A DNA stretch of 63,789 bases, filler included, from Olpidium bornovanus S191 (Eukaryota > Fungi > Olpidiomycota): the NCBI GenBank assembly GCA_017911155.1. It is 29 parts of 29 records of this genome, joined end to end, with 100 filler letters (N's around TTAATTAATTAA, not from the genome) between each part and the next. Parts side by side here need not be neighbours in the genome. Positions count along the whole stretch, not along the records: positions 21,305 to 25,907 come from JAEFCI010002712.1; positions 26,008 to 32,919 come from JAEFCI010002968.1; positions 33,020 to 34,190 come from JAEFCI010011133.1; positions 34,291 to 35,306 come from JAEFCI010008523.1; positions 35,407 to 36,432 come from JAEFCI010006975.1; positions 36,533 to 37,997 come from JAEFCI010000956.1; 23 more parts are not named here. The stretch is one strand, 5' to 3'. Under the pieces are notes generated by a model. The model did not search any database and was not told the origin of the DNA. It saw only the letters and a list, made by a program, of their open reading frames with translations. Shown here piece by piece: positions 23,464-37,003 of this stretch. Position 1 is the stretch's first letter. The number at the start of each line of letters is the position of its first letter. The position numbers and the translations under genes are program-made.

Positions 23464-25769
23464 ATGCCGACGCGCCGTCCCGTGCGCCTCAGGGACCCTG
23501 TGCCGCCGCCCGGGACCCTGCCGCAGCCGCCGCGCCGCCGCGACGCCGCCACGAGCTGTCCCCGCTGCTCCTGCTTGCCGCCGAGCGCCGTCGCCGGGAG
23601 CCGTCGCTTCCGGCTGCGGCTGCGCCGCCGAGGCGTCCTCGCGCTTCTCGTGCTCTTGGTCTTCCCCGCGGCGGCGCAGCCGCCGCCGCAGCCGGTGCTG
23701 CACGCAGACCTCGTGATCGTCGGCGGCACAAAAGGGAAGGAGATCCCCGCAGGGATCGACGTCGTGGAGGAGGCCGCCCTTGACAGTACGGAGGTGGTGG
23801 CAATGCCGGGCGCACCTCTTCCGCCGGCCGAGGGCACAAAGGTACGACGGCTCCCGCTGCGCCAACGGGGCTCCCTTCCAGGGGCGGGGCGGGGGGAACG
23901 AGTGGGGAGCGGGGAAGAGGCAAGGGGGGGGGTGGTGTGCGGGAGGCCGGGCGGGCGAGGGAGCGGAGTGGGAGGGGGACGCCCAACGCTTTCCTGGTTA
24001 CCGCTCACGTGGCACCCTCCCTTTCCCCAGGGTGTGCTGTACGATGCCTCCGGTGCTTGCCCGGTCTCGCCGGCGCCGGAAGTGCCGCCGGATTTCCCGC
24101 CGTTGAAAATCGCGCTGGTCGCGCTCGCCCGCGGCTCCGCCGGCGACTGCGACGCCGCGACCCGCATCCGCAACGCCCAGGCGGACGGAGCGGACGGGAT
24201 AATCCTCTGGGCGGGTGATCCGACGAACGCTACCGCTTCGGTCGCCGTACCCGCCGCGGGGCTCGGCGCAGCCGACGGCGTGTCCGTGCCGGTGTTTATG
24301 GCGGACCCAAGTCTCGCACGGAAGGTGGGTGCGGATCCGGCGCCGATCAGCCTGTGGGGAGGGATCGACACGGCCACCTCTCCCCCCCCCCCCCAAATCT
24401 CCTCTCCCACCTTTTTTTTTCCTTCCGTGGCCATCGCAACTGGAGCGGCATCGCTCGAAATAGGGGCTGACAAGCGGCTCTTCGTCTGTACGCTTTCCTC
24501 GGCTCAGCTTCTTGACGCATACAACTTGCTGCTGCCAAACCCGAATGCCCCGTTCGACCGGCGAGTCCGGGTCGTGTTATACCCGGACGAGCAGCAGTTC
24601 CTGCCATTGTGGCAATTTACACTCATCTTCCTGGCCTGTCTTGTCGTGCTAACGACGGGAATGTCGGGTAAGTGGCGGCGCATGATCTGCCATCTCGCAT
24701 CTTGAGCCCGCTGAAGGCGACGACTTACTCTGCGGTATTCGATTGTCCAGTGGTAATGCACTTCCATATGTTTGGCCTACGACGTAGACATCGACTTTAC
24801 TTGGCCGCCCAACAAGCCGTCCGCTCGTCACCGCCGACGCTTACGACGGAGTCCCTGCAGCGGTTTCCTCTGGTGCGGTACCGGCCGCCGCGGGAACGGT
24901 CAGCATCCTCGGACGCGGCGGCGCCGGCCGACCTTGACAAGAGCGAGGGCAGCCGCGGCGAGTCCGGCGACCAGATCACGGTTGCCGCCAACGCAGGCTT
25001 GCCGGTGCAATACACCGGTTCGGACACTTGCGCCGTCTGCCTCGACGAGTTCGAGGAAGGGGACATTCTACGTCGGCTTTTTCCCTGCGGCCACCGTTAC
25101 CACGCCCGCGAGTGCATCGATCCGTGGTTGACCACAAAGAGCTCAAAATGTCCCATGTGCAAGGCCGAGTGCCGCGACGAGGGAAGCGCGCAAAAGGAGG
25201 AGACGGAGCGCGCTCGCGAGAGATTTGCGGCGGCGTACAGGATTGACGAGGCGTACTCCGTGGCGGAGATTTTGTTCTTCGGGCTGGCCTGCGGCTGGGC
25301 GAGACCGCGGATAGTGGAGCATCCTGAGAGGAGGCTCCCGGAGGGGAGATTTCGGACGAGTGGGACGTCAAATCCGCGCACGGTGATTGACGCAAGAACT
25401 GCCGCCGACAGCGGGAGGAACGGAGGGGATCGACAACAGGCGGGCACCACCAGACCGGCTTTTTTGGTGTTGTCTGCTCCGGAGAGCGTTTCGTCCGCCG
25501 AGCCGGCGGGCGGGGAACCATCGCAAGCGTCCACCGTCGTCCGCATAGCGGCGTCGCCTGTGGGCCCGGCGTCGCCGTCATCCCAACCGCCCATTTCGAC
25601 CCACGACTGGCCGCCATTGTTCCCGTCGACGCCTGTGTTGCCGAACATTGACTCCCTCGGCGGCGAAGGATTTCGTTCCGCGGAAGACGTCGGCGTTGAG
25701 CCGCCCGCGTCGGCCAGTTCGGTCTCCCCGCAGGCCGTCGTCCCCCCGCCGGCGACACCTCACGTCTGA
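23464..25769 (+). CDS. PA-domain / transmembrane / RING-H2 E3 ubiquitin ligase (RNF13/RMR-like)
   Basis: Signal-like hydrophobic stretch, PA-like IAL...GDC...[18 protein letters not shown] helix [14 protein letters not shown], and [12 protein letters not shown]...[15 protein letters not shown]...CPMC. Confidence 0.85.
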
Positions 25770-26740
25770 TTTTTTTTAAAGTTCATCATGCTGACATAGG
25801 TATTTAAACGACGAGGCTTCAATGGGGGAGCGGGCCGTCTTTCCTTTTTCTGGAATTTTCGCATCTAAGCAAAGTCGCATTCACTCCTTCAGTCTCTTTC
25901 CGCATCCNNNNNNNNNNNNNNNNNNNNNNNNNNNNNNNNNNNNNNNNNNNNTTAATTAATTAANNNNNNNNNNNNNNNNNNNNNNNNNNNNNNNNNNNNN
26001 NNNNNNNAGGGCCGGGTCGGCGGCAAGGCGGTGGAAGACGAGAAGACGTGGTGCAAATCCTGCGTGTGGAGGGAAACGGGCGAATTGATCGGTGAGAGGG
26101 GCGGGGGAGGGGGGAAGTTTTGCGAAAAAAAAAAAAAAAAAAAAAGACGAAAAAAAAAGCTCCCACTTTCTCCCGTCGTCAATCCGCGCGGGAAACCCCG
26201 GCATTATTTCAACACATGCCTGAACGCCGCGACGCGGGCTCTCGTTTCCGCAAAAAAAAAAAAAAAAAAAAAAACTGCCAGGGGACGCTCAAACATTCAT
26301 TGATCTGGTAAATATGTGTGTGCGGCGGAGGGAAGAAGAGGGAAAGGGCCGTAGGGCCCTTTTTTTTTCGTTCACCCGGTATTGTTCCCCGCCCCACTTT
26401 CCCGTTTCACCTGCCGTGTTTCGGGCATTATGTTGGGGGGAAGGGACGGGAGGTGGGGAGGTGGGGAAGGGGAAGGGGGGGATTGTGGGGTGGTGACAAA
26501 ATCGCTGACGTTTCGTTGTTGTTGTTGTTGTTGTCGTTGTTGTTGTTTTTGGGGGAGCGTTTGTTTGTTGTTTTTTTGTTTGGGGGGTTTTTTTCCTCTT
26601 TTTTTTTCATTTTTTATTTTTATTTTCTTTGTTTTGGTGTGCGGTGGTTGTCTGCGCCGTTTGCGCGCGCGCTCTTCCCCTTACCCCCCCCGCCCCCCCC
26701 CTCTCTCCCCTTCGTGTTTTCCCCTCCGTGTTTTTTTGCA

Positions 26741-27107
26741 GATGACCAACACGTACAACCAGCACGTGGACCTGCCCGACGAGCTCCTGCGGCAGATAGC
26801 CCAAGAGAACCTCGCGCTGGGACTCCGCCGGCAGGAGAAGGAGAGGGCGCGCCGGCTCGCGCTCGAAGAGGACTGGAGGGCGGCCGAGGCGCGCGAGCGG
26901 GCCGCGAGGGACGCGGAGGCGGCGAGGGCGGCCAGGAGGAGGAAGAGCTCGGCGAGGGCGCCGAAGTCCGCCGCGCCGCCGAGACTCGCGGCGGCGGCTG
27001 CGGAGGGCGGCAGGCCGGCCTCGGCCTCGGCTGCTTTGAAACAGACCCAAATCCGGCCGCAGACGGCGGGGAAGACGATTGCCGAGGAACGTTTCGGTGC
27101 GAAATGA
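26741..27107 (+). CDS. Terminal exon of an unidentified charged/coiled-coil protein
   Basis: Follows a long pyrimidine tract and GCAG acceptor; GC3-rich codons; ends in TGA. Confidence 0.45.
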
Positions 27108-27851
27108 ACGAAACGAAACCGTATTGCGTGCGTGAGGGAGGGAGGGTGGGTGGGGGGGGGGGGGCCGGGGGGGGTTTTTCCCTAGGGACCGGCGAAAGCA
27201 GGAAAAATAAAAAGCAAAAATAAGAGGAAAAAAAAAGGAAAGAAAAGAAAGGCAGCCCGGGTTGCGAGTGTGAGCGCGAGAGCGGGAGTGAACAGTGAGC
27301 GAGCGGGCGGGCGTGCCGCCCTGAATCGCGGGGACCGCAACAGTACGCGGTGTCATCGACGGGGGGAGGAGAGGAGGGTAGTAATTGAGGCAGATCGAAG
27401 CAAACGGTGTGGGTGTGTGGGGTCGTCCGGCGCGCGTCACGACACGGAAATTTAATTGCGATTAAATTTTGCTTTTTGCTCTGGTGGTACAAATCAAGCG
27501 ACAATGTAAAGTATAACGGCACTCCCGAGATGGCTTGCTTTTAATTCGAGTTTTTTTTTGTATGTTTCCAACTACCCGACAGGGGGAGGGGAGGGGGAAA
27601 ATACCGGCGGAGGGGTTAATGGAGGAAGCCCGGGTTTGAGCTTTCGCCCCCGGTACCATCGCGGGCCACCGTTTTTGCGCGAGCGCATGGGGACGGGGGG
27701 TAGGGGAGGGTAGTACGGCCCCTCACCCCCGTCCCTCTCGGCGTTTGGGGGCAAGTGCCCCGCGCAAACGTTTGGCTGGACACTCCAGAGTCGGTGATGA
27801 TTGCTTAATTGAGAGGAACGCATTTTTCGGCCGTCAACGGTTTCTTGTACA

Positions 27852-29002
27852 TTAGAACATGCTGCCCTCTGGAGGCTGGGCGAGCTTCTTGTTCTGGGGA
27901 TTGGCCATTTCCCTTCACGAAGCGCCCGGTCCCACCCCACACCACCACACCACCACCCCGCAACACCCGGAAACGGGACAGCGGTCAGAATAAAACAGGC
28001 GGCGACACAAAATAAATTCGGCCCGTTCCCAACTACAAAAAGAGCAGCAGCGTTCACGTACCTCCGCAGTTCCGTCAAGATGGTCTCAAGCGAGTATTGG
28101 CATTTCCAGTTCCCCAGGCACGAGAGTTTTGACGGTTCGACCTGGAAAAGGATTCCCCACCCACGACCGCCACCCCGAGTACATACATTCGAACGACGTC
28201 AGAAAGCAAAAGAAGGCGGCAGGAAACGCTTTTCCTTTAGAGCTGACCGCCCCGGAAAACGCGAACCCCGGGACCAAAGCGGGAAATAAGAGAAACCCGG
28301 ATATACCTTCCCGGTCTGCTGGTTCACGCAGGGCAGGTTGATACGCGAGAGGAACTGGACGGTTGGCGGCGAGTCCGGATAGTTTCCGTCGCAATACAGC
28401 TTGAGGGAATAGATACGATTTTCGTGGACCGTCTGTGGGGAATCGTTTTATTTTTTATTATTTTTTTTGCGCGGACGGGGCGGAGCGAAACAGCGGGCGT
28501 GAGACAACTTTTCCGTCTGCGTTAAAACAAATAAAGGAAGGAAAAAAAAGCACGTCCAGAGTTTCGATACTGCGGCGGCGAAGAAACGGGTGATTCCCTA
28601 TCTTCTCCGCCCAAAGGCCTGAGGGAAAATTGCCCTGGATGTGTCCTCAACCGTGCTTCCGGATGGCATTACCCGTATTTACATACGGACAACGCGAATC
28701 CTGACGTCCAGCACCGCCTGCAGGAATATCCCGCGGCGCGCTCCCGGTTGGAACTCCCGGCAGCGCTTAGGTGGGAGGGGTGGCGTGACCTCCTCCCAAG
28801 TTCACGCAAACTTTTTTCGAAAGCGGCGACGGGGGGCTTTTTTTTTCCGGCGGGGCACTTCAAAAAGTCGACCAGGTTTGCGTGACACTTTCGCAACCGG
28901 GCGAGTCCGCCGCCACATAGTTCAACGTGCGGACCCCGTTTCCGTTTATCGGCGTCCCCCTCTTCGAGTTCACGGACACCTGGCCGCCAGCCCGACGCGT
29001 TT

Positions 29003-29048
<46 letters not shown>

Positions 29049-29599
29049 TCTGCCGCTCGGGATAATTTACGCACGTGTCCCGGTCCGAGGATCGTCCCGT
29101 TCCAATTTGACATAAGGATGTCATCGGCGTCGGCCAGCCCGTAGCTGCACGTGCCGTCCCCGATGCCCTTCTCCCCCTTCTCCAGCTCCTCGAGGAGACG
29201 GAAGTTGCGGGGAACTGTGTGGGGGAAAGGGCGAAGGGGGTTTTTGTTTCCCCATCAAGCGTCAGTAAACTCTCCTGCTGAACAAAAAAAGTATGAAAAA
29301 CGACCGTGCGGCGGACTTTTCCCCGACCCAAAAAAACGGTCCTCCGTTTTTCGCAAGCGGGGCTTTCCACGTCCCATTTCTTCAAGGCTTCCCCCGGAGG
29401 ACGGAAACGAAGAATTCGGTCTGTCTCGGGAGTCACGGGGAACCAGGCCCGCGGAGCGCTTTTCCTCGTCTCTTTACGTTTCTTTTTTCTTTTTTCTCTT
29501 GTTTCCCACACCCAACCCCTTTCGCCCGCGCGTCCGCACGCGAGGGCGTCGGCCGGTCCCGGCCTTGGGGGGGGCATGATCACCTTTCGCGCCCGCCAT
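27852..29599 (-). CDS. MMS2: Ubiquitin-conjugating enzyme variant Mms2/UEV1, complete, 140 aa
   Basis: Exons 29599-29584, 29214-29075, 28432-28307, 28141-28062 and 27912-27852, all GT-AG, total 423 nt. Translation [22 protein letters not shown]...[24 protein letters not shown]...QPPEGSMF*. Not visible in the ORF track. Confidence 0.95.
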
Positions 29600-32066
29600 G
29601 CCGCCGAAAAAGCTTTTCTCGACTTTTTCTTTTTTTGTTCCCTTGGTGGGAAGCCCGCGTGGGGGCCGACCGGCGATGTGCGGCCGAGACAGAGGGGAGA
29701 GAAAAAAAAAAAAAAAAAAAAATATTCCGCCCTCCTCCCCACCCGGCCCTTCTCCCCGGGAAAACGGGGGTTTTTTTTCTTAAAAACTTTTTCCCGGTCC
29801 CAATGCCAAAGATCCATCACCCAAAGTGCCAGGCCTGAGGATTCGACCGTTTCGGCCAAGGAATGAGGATATTGGACGCACCAGCAATGAGGCAACGGGA
29901 TTAAAAAAGTTTTCTATTTTTTTTTTTTTCTTAGAAACTTTTTCGCGGGGGGAAGGGCAGTGGGGGGGAATGGGGGGGGGCTTTTTTTTTTTTTTTTTTT
30001 TTTTTGGATCTTTCCGCCCTCAGCCTCTCTCCCCTCCCCTCATCATCCCCAAATCCGCCGTGACACACGAGCACGTGCACTTTTATGCAAGGCCGTTTCC
30101 GAATCCCCGAGCTTCCTGTTTTATCCCCCGCATGTGTACATTATATATGTACCCTCGGCGCTTTGCAATCCGATGTTGCAATGCACCGCTTTATCTTTTG
30201 TTACTTTCCGTGAGGCGGCGGAGATCCGAAAATTCCGAGAGGAAGGGCCCGCGGCGATGGCAACGCCGCGAAACCCTGGACCGACGGCAAGGGGAAAAAA
30301 GGGCAGTTTGGATTTTCAAATGCAAAAGAGGCCTGTTCTTTTTACCCACCCTCGTTTTCTTTTATTCTTCTTTTATTTTATTTTTTTTTTTTTTCCTTTT
30401 TTTTGCTCGCTCGTCGAGCTAGTGGCTGCGTTTATCTCGCCTGTGTTTCCCTGTTTTTGCTTTTCGTGCTTCTGCTCTCCAACATCATACCCGTGTCTAA
30501 CGTCCCTTCTCTCAATGCGCTTTCAGCCCTTGGCCCCCCCCCCCCCCCCGGTGTGTCGCGTTCTTCTTCGAACGAGGAGTGTTACGAACCGCAAGACGGC
30601 GCCCTGCGGGTTCGCGTGATTAGCAAAAATGCAATCCCTTGGGGGTGAGGCAGCGGCGGTTTGTAGCCTTCTAATACTGAATTACTGAAACCGCCCATGA
30701 TGACTGGAATACTAAATCACGAAGCCGCCCATGATGACCACCCGACGCTCAGACAACGTACTCAGAAGAAACTCCTGGAAACTGGTGCAAATATATACAG
30801 CACCCAGTCCTCGAATTTCCAGCTCGAATTTCCAGCTCCTTCCGTTGCTTCTTGACGGGTGTGAGAAGATGGGAATATTTCACACCTATTCTGAGCCGAG
30901 GAAGATGGTTCACCTGCCCGTTAGGCAGAGTCCTTTTGTGTGTGTGGTTCAGCAGAAGGACGGGTGGACGTGGCGTGAAGGACCTTGGGTTGAGAAGGGT
31001 ACGGCATGGGACTGCGTCGTGGAGTTTTCTTTGTTTTTTGTGTTGGCACGTTGGGGCTGGGGTGCCCAAGGTGTTACGTTTCTTGTTTTTTTTTCTTCTG
31101 GCAGGCATAGGGTAGCCCAGTGGGGTAGTTCAGTAGATAAACCAGTCCCCTTCTCCAGTCGTTTTTGGCACGTTGCGAGGGTTTTTCTTGCGAAACGTAC
31201 CTCCCACGGGTCAAAGTGGCCTGGATTCGCAAAACAGCAAAACTTCCGTCGTCGAATCGAATCCACTCGCTTTTCCCTGGTTTTGTGACACGTTTCAGGC
31301 TGCGTTTCACACAGGGGGCCGCTACCTTTTTGGGGGATGGCACTCATTTTCTCACCATACGAGGGGTTTTATTCGAGAAAAGTCCCTCCCACGGGTCAAA
31401 GTTGCCTGGATCGAAAAAAGCCCAACCCGGTTTTTGACAAATTTTAGAGTTTGTGGAAAAACTTTTCCGACAGTGCCTCAGACACGTCAGCGCTCGCTTT
31501 TTCACCAAATGTTCCGCGGGATAGAAATGGGCAGTCTTTTCTATCCGGATTGATATCCAGGGCAATCTTATAACAGTTCGGTCGCTCAGGTTTGACACAG
31601 GTGTGTAACCCACATCACCCACACCACACGTATCCCAGGTAATACGGCCATCAAAAAGAAGGTGATACGAGAAAACGGCTCTCTAATGGTTTGACCCCCC
31701 CTAATCCGTCCGTCTGTTGCCATCCCCGATGTTTACGTCGGGATTTTGACCTTGTCGCGTAGGGGGGAAAAAAGAAAAAGAAAAAAAAAACAACAAAATT
31801 CCGAATTCCGCGCCGACACCGCGCGCGCGAGGCGGGGCTGTCTGCAAAATGCGCAAAACGGGGACACCCAGTATAGGGCGCGCCCGCAGCTTCCCGGTCA
31901 ACCGGGTGGCCCGAACCGCTCGAATTTATTTCAAGTTGACCGAGGGGGGGGTGGTCAAAAGTTCCCTTTTTCGGTCCCGGGATCGCTCGCCGGGCTCAAA
32001 AGCTCTCCGAGACTTTTTGATGCAGAAGCGCCGGAATTGGGATCGGATCGGGCGCGCGCGCGGGGG

Positions 32067-32104
<38 letters not shown>

Positions 32105-33045
32105 GGGGGGGGCGGGGGGGGGGGGGGGGGGGGGGTCGGATCGGGCCGACCGGAGCGAGGAGTCGGCCCCTAATGGAACCACGTAAAAGTTTGGAAAGGA
32201 AGACGGGGTGAGGGGAGCTGGCCCGTTTCCGGAGAATCGCCGCCGCCTTCCGGAAACGACGACTCCCACCCCCCAGCGCGCCCGGGGGATTCGTGGTCGG
32301 GAAGGGGGGCGTTTTTGTTTTTGCGGCTCCGCTGGGGCTGTTTCTACCTCGGCGGGAAGGGGGGGGGGGGGGGGGGGGTCGCACGAATACCCGGATTCTC
32401 GCGAAGCGGCCCTCCAATATTCCCACCCCCACCCCCCTTTCTGTTTTTCCCCCGCCGCCCCCGCGCGAGCGTTTTTTTTGTTTTTTTTTTTTTTCAACGC
32501 AGAGGAACGGGGGCACACACGCACCCGCGGCGGCAAGTCATTTTTTTGGTTTTCCCGCAGCGCCGCGGCGGCGGCGGGTTTGGTCCCAAACGGGTGGGGC
32601 GGGGGGGGCCGGGAGAAAAGTTTTTGTTGCGCCAACGGTGCCGCATATGTTACACATGGTGCATAAACTTAATTTTATTCAATGAAATGGGAGATGTCAC
32701 AAAGGGGGGGGGGGAAGGGGCCGGTCCGCTGTAGGGCGCAGACGAGCGGACACGTTCCGGCGGCGGGGGGTGCAGGGGAGAAAGAAGGGGGAAGCGCGCA
32801 ATTTGCCGCTACTACGTGCACGGGAAGTTCTCTTCTTTCCCGCCGGCGCCGCAGCCGTTTCCGACGTTCCCGTTGTACATAGATGTATTCCGATGCTCCC
32901 GTTGTATATAAAGTACATGNNNNNNNNNNNNNNNNNNNNNNNNNNNNNNNNNNNNNNNNNNNNTTAATTAATTAANNNNNNNNNNNNNNNNNNNNNNNNN
33001 NNNNNNNNNNNNNNNNNNNCATGGACGTGTTTTCGATTATCGTAG

Positions 33046-34090
33046 GATCGCTCTTTCTACACGTCAAATCGGCCCCCTTTGGACTGGAGCCTTCCGCGGA
33101 CGCTCACCTTCACGTCTAGCAAGCCATTTGAGTGGTGCCACTCTCCGAATGCATACCAAGAGTCGATGGCCCTGGCGGCGTTCGTCACGAACGCACCGAC
33201 GCAGGCACAGTCCAACGTGTCTGAGTGCGAAGCCGAACAGTTGGCGTGCGATTTCCAGCGGGCCTTGTACTCGTGGCAATTCCCGCTTGCCCAGCCGTCG
33301 CCGCACCAAGCAGCCGCGATTGTGAGGTTTTTGAGCCGGACGCGGTCAGGACAGCACATTTATGGTAAGAAAGGCGACGCTTTGGCGAGCGAACTGGGTG
33401 ACGACCGCGCCGAGTACGAGCAGTTCAAGGCTCGGGAGACGCAGTGGAGGCAAGCGTTCCGCAGCCTCTACTACAGCATGCGCCAGGCCGTCGAAGTTGA
33501 CCGCGTACCCGAGACGAGGCATTTCTACGTCATCGCAGACGAGTTCTCCGTGCTTTTTCGCGCCCGCATCGGATCCTCTTCCTTCTCTGCGGTATCACCC
33601 GGAGTCGAATCTTGGGTCGCAAGCAACGGAGAAAGCGGCAAATACGCCGCGGAATTCGAAGCTGTGATCACGCGATCGACGAGAGGCTTACGACAGAAGC
33701 TGGAGGAAGACGGTGGGTTGCTGCGATGGTGAATCGTTCCAAACTTTCCCCTATCTACATTATCTGCTTAGAATTCTTCGCATTATATCAGGTGTTCCAT
33801 TCTCAATGCCGCTGAAAGACGAGACCACCGGCATACTGCGCGCTGCCGGTGCTCCGGAAGTGAAGGCCGATGTGGATTCGGAAGCAGAGAGCGACCGTTC
33901 CCTCGGGCACTTCGTGTTGGAAACGCCGACAAAAGCCAGCCGAGCCCCTGTCAACGCCAGTGTAGAAACAGCTATTCCGGAGTCGCTGGTCGCGGCGATC
34001 AAATCTCGACAGTCCAAGGGCGTAAGCGGGGCAACCAGCCCATCGCCGAAAGATCAATTGGATATGAATCATGACGGTTTAGTCGTGTAA
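33046..34090 (+). CDS. DONSON: DONSON (downstream neighbour of SON) homolog, partial
   Basis: PLDWSLPRTLTFTSSKPFEW, FQRALYSWQFP, WRQAFRSLYY, FYVIADEFSVLF and STRGLRQKLEED|GVPFSMP follow the DONSON family motif order. Confidence 0.75.
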
Positions 34091-35406
34091 GGCTCTCGGC
34101 GTTCGGGATGCGCGTGTTCTATTTACGGAGACCGCGCGAAGTTTCTTCGGCGTGTCCCGCGGCCTGCTTCTCCCGTCTGACTTCCGCGTCNNNNNNNNNN
34201 NNNNNNNNNNNNNNNNNNNNNNNNNNNNNNNNNNTTAATTAATTAANNNNNNNNNNNNNNNNNNNNNNNNNNNNNNNNNNNNNNNNNNNNCATGATATCC
34301 TTACCCGGTAGCCGCATGGGCAAGGTTTGAAAAACTTATCCGAAAGGTCCATTTCTTCCACGCAGAGCGGGCACAAATCATCTTCGTCGTCCGACATGTT
34401 TGCTAAAGCTGCCCGTTGTGCGCTGAGTGCTCAACAAAGTGTGGACTCCCCGTCTCGCGTACAGGAAGGCGACCGTCAAAGAGGAACGGCACTATGCGCA
34501 TGTACCGTGCGAACACGAGGAAACACGAGAAACACGAGGAACATGAAAGGTTAGATGACGAAGCCGCCTTTTCTCGTTCAGACTGCCGGGCCTTGTACAG
34601 GTCTTATCACTGTCTCGTTCTCCGCACTGAAAGCTGGGCAATCCTTTTTAAACCGTGAACTTGGACCGGGTTCCCACACCAATCCTCGGCAGATTTCATC
34701 CATCGCCCGTCAGTCGCTTGTTCCAGCTCTTTTGTCGCGGTGTTCTACGCGGGTGTCGTGAGGACCACCGCGTGCCAACGTTGCAAAGTTGCTGAAAAAA
34801 CCATTGCCAGACCCAGCGCTCGCGGCGCACGCGGTCCCAGTGATCTATTCCTTCACCAGTGCGTCGCCATTTTGGATTCACCACGAAGTGACTCCGCTCG
34901 AAGAGGGCTAAAAACACTGCACATCCAAGACATACCACAAGCAGTCGCCCAGGCGAGCTCGGGACGAAAGGGTTGCCTCGACGCTTAGCGCAGTTTGCAG
35001 GCTCGCTTTTGCCTGGCCGGGAAAGCAAGCCGGGATGCGCCGGCCGAGGCAACTATTTTTCTTGCAAGAGAAGAAGCTTGCGAGCGGCGAAACAAGCCGA
35101 GGCTCCGGCGCATGTCACGCCGAAAGGGCGTGCGGCTGATGGAGCGAGCGGGAGGGGCAAGGCCACCGACCAACAAAACTGCGGACGCCCTGCGACACGT
35201 TAACTTGCGAACGCAAAGTGCCCGAGTGCCGCTCGCTGTCCCTCCGTGTTTGCGGGATCTTTCCAGCCAGTACCCTGGGGGGGGGGTTTCCGGGGGGGCC
35301 GGGGGGNNNNNNNNNNNNNNNNNNNNNNNNNNNNNNNNNNNNNNNNNNNNTTAATTAATTAANNNNNNNNNNNNNNNNNNNNNNNNNNNNNNNNNNNNNN
35401 NNNNNN

Positions 35407-36432
35407 ATCGCCGTACAGTCGGTCCACAGAACAAAAGGAGAGTGTAAAAGAAACGGGCGGTATTCGCGACAGGAACGGACAACTGCGAGACATTCCCGTT
35501 CTGGCTGACTGTAGTTCTGCTCCGTCCGCAAGAGCTTCCAACTGCCATAGTAGCACACCCTGTGGTGGCCGGAGACGTCACGTTGATACAGGTTGCCGGA
35601 AATCGCGTGTGGACCGGCATCGACTGCGAGATCGAAGGTGCGCGACGGATCAGGGTGAGTAACGACAGGAGCAGAGGCCAGGAGCGCCTTCAAAGAACAG
35701 AAGCTCTCTTCTTAAATGGAGGTCCAGCGCCAGGGCGTCGATTTGCGCATAAGATCCGTGAGCGGGGCAGCAATGGCGGCGAAGTCGACCAGCAAGCGGC
35801 GGAAGTATTGCACAAGTCCGACAAATTCGCGCACGGCACGGATCGTGGTCGGGCGGGGAATTGCAACCAGCTTTTCGACTTTGGCGGGGTCGGCAGTGAC
35901 GGAATCCCCCGAGACCTGCCATCCCCACACCACCAAGTCGCCAAACGCGTACTTCTCTTTGGTGGCCTTGGTGACGAGACGGAACTCCTCGAGGCGGGTA
36001 AACATCATGTGGAGATGATGAAGGTGAAGCCCCCAGGTGCGGGAGTACGTAGTGATACCGTCAATGAAATACGGCAACGAAACGACTCAGTTCGGTAGGA
36101 AAACCTTCGTCATAAGGCGGCTGAAGCCTGCGGGCACGCCCGTGTAGCCCATGGGAGTGACGCGCCATTGCTTGCTGCCGAACGGCGTGGAGAATGCGGT
36201 GAACTCGCGGGAAGAAGGAGACAGCAGCCACTGCCATAATCCAGAAAGGAGATCGCAAGTCGTAAGAAATCGGGAACCGCGAAGTCCGCAGAGTAACTCA
36301 TCAATGTTCAAAAGAACTCCTGCGTCCTTGCGCACGACGCGATTCAAACGACGGTAGTCGACAATGAGGCGCCACCCGCCGCCGTGGGGCTTCCGCACGA
36401 CGAAGCAGGGAGCGGACCAAGGGCTGTCAGTA
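35407..36432 (-). mobile_element. Degenerate Ty3/Gypsy RT-RNase H fragment
   Basis: SPWSAPCFVV..WRLIVDYRRLN, TAFSTPFG, PMG, RNase H AVDA...NYSQPERECLAVV. Frameshifts present and YxDD altered to FIDG. Confidence 0.9.
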
Positions 36433-37003
36433 NNNNNNNNNNNNNNNNNNNNNNNNNNNNNNNNNNNNNNNNNNNNTTAATTAATTAANNNNNNNNNNNN
36501 NNNNNNNNNNNNNNNNNNNNNNNNNNNNNNNNGCCCCTCCCTGGCCTGCTTGGAGGTATTCAGTACTTCAGGCGTCGATTTGCCGGCAGACCAGGGGGTG
36601 GGGGATGGCCCGCACGGTCGTCAAGACTTTCCGCGCCGGCCGCTATTGCATGACTGAGACCAAAGAAGGCAGGTTTTCAAGGTGGCGCAGGGCCTCTTAT
36701 TCGTGGGACAGTTTATGTTAAGAGTGGGCGATTACGCGTTTCGAGAGAGAGGGAGAGAGAGCGGGATGGACGAAAGTCGGCTACCGTTTGCGTGGGTTCG
36801 CACGCGTCTAGGGGGGGAAAGAAGGGGCCTACGCGTAGTACAAAATTATTCCGTGGCAACCGGCCTCCCACTCTTCTACAATAGTTGGAATTCTATGCTC
36901 GGTTTCTGGAATTTAATGTGCGGCTCTTGGTTTCCTCACGACTTCTCCCGTTTTCCCCTTGTACCCGTCGTTCCTCTTCACTACAGCCACCCCCCCGTGA
37001 CTG

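Noticed and set aside
30690-30740. Duplicated CCGCCCATGATGAC resembling snoRNA box C
   Set aside because: No suitably placed box D (CTGA) or terminal stem; treated as a short duplication.
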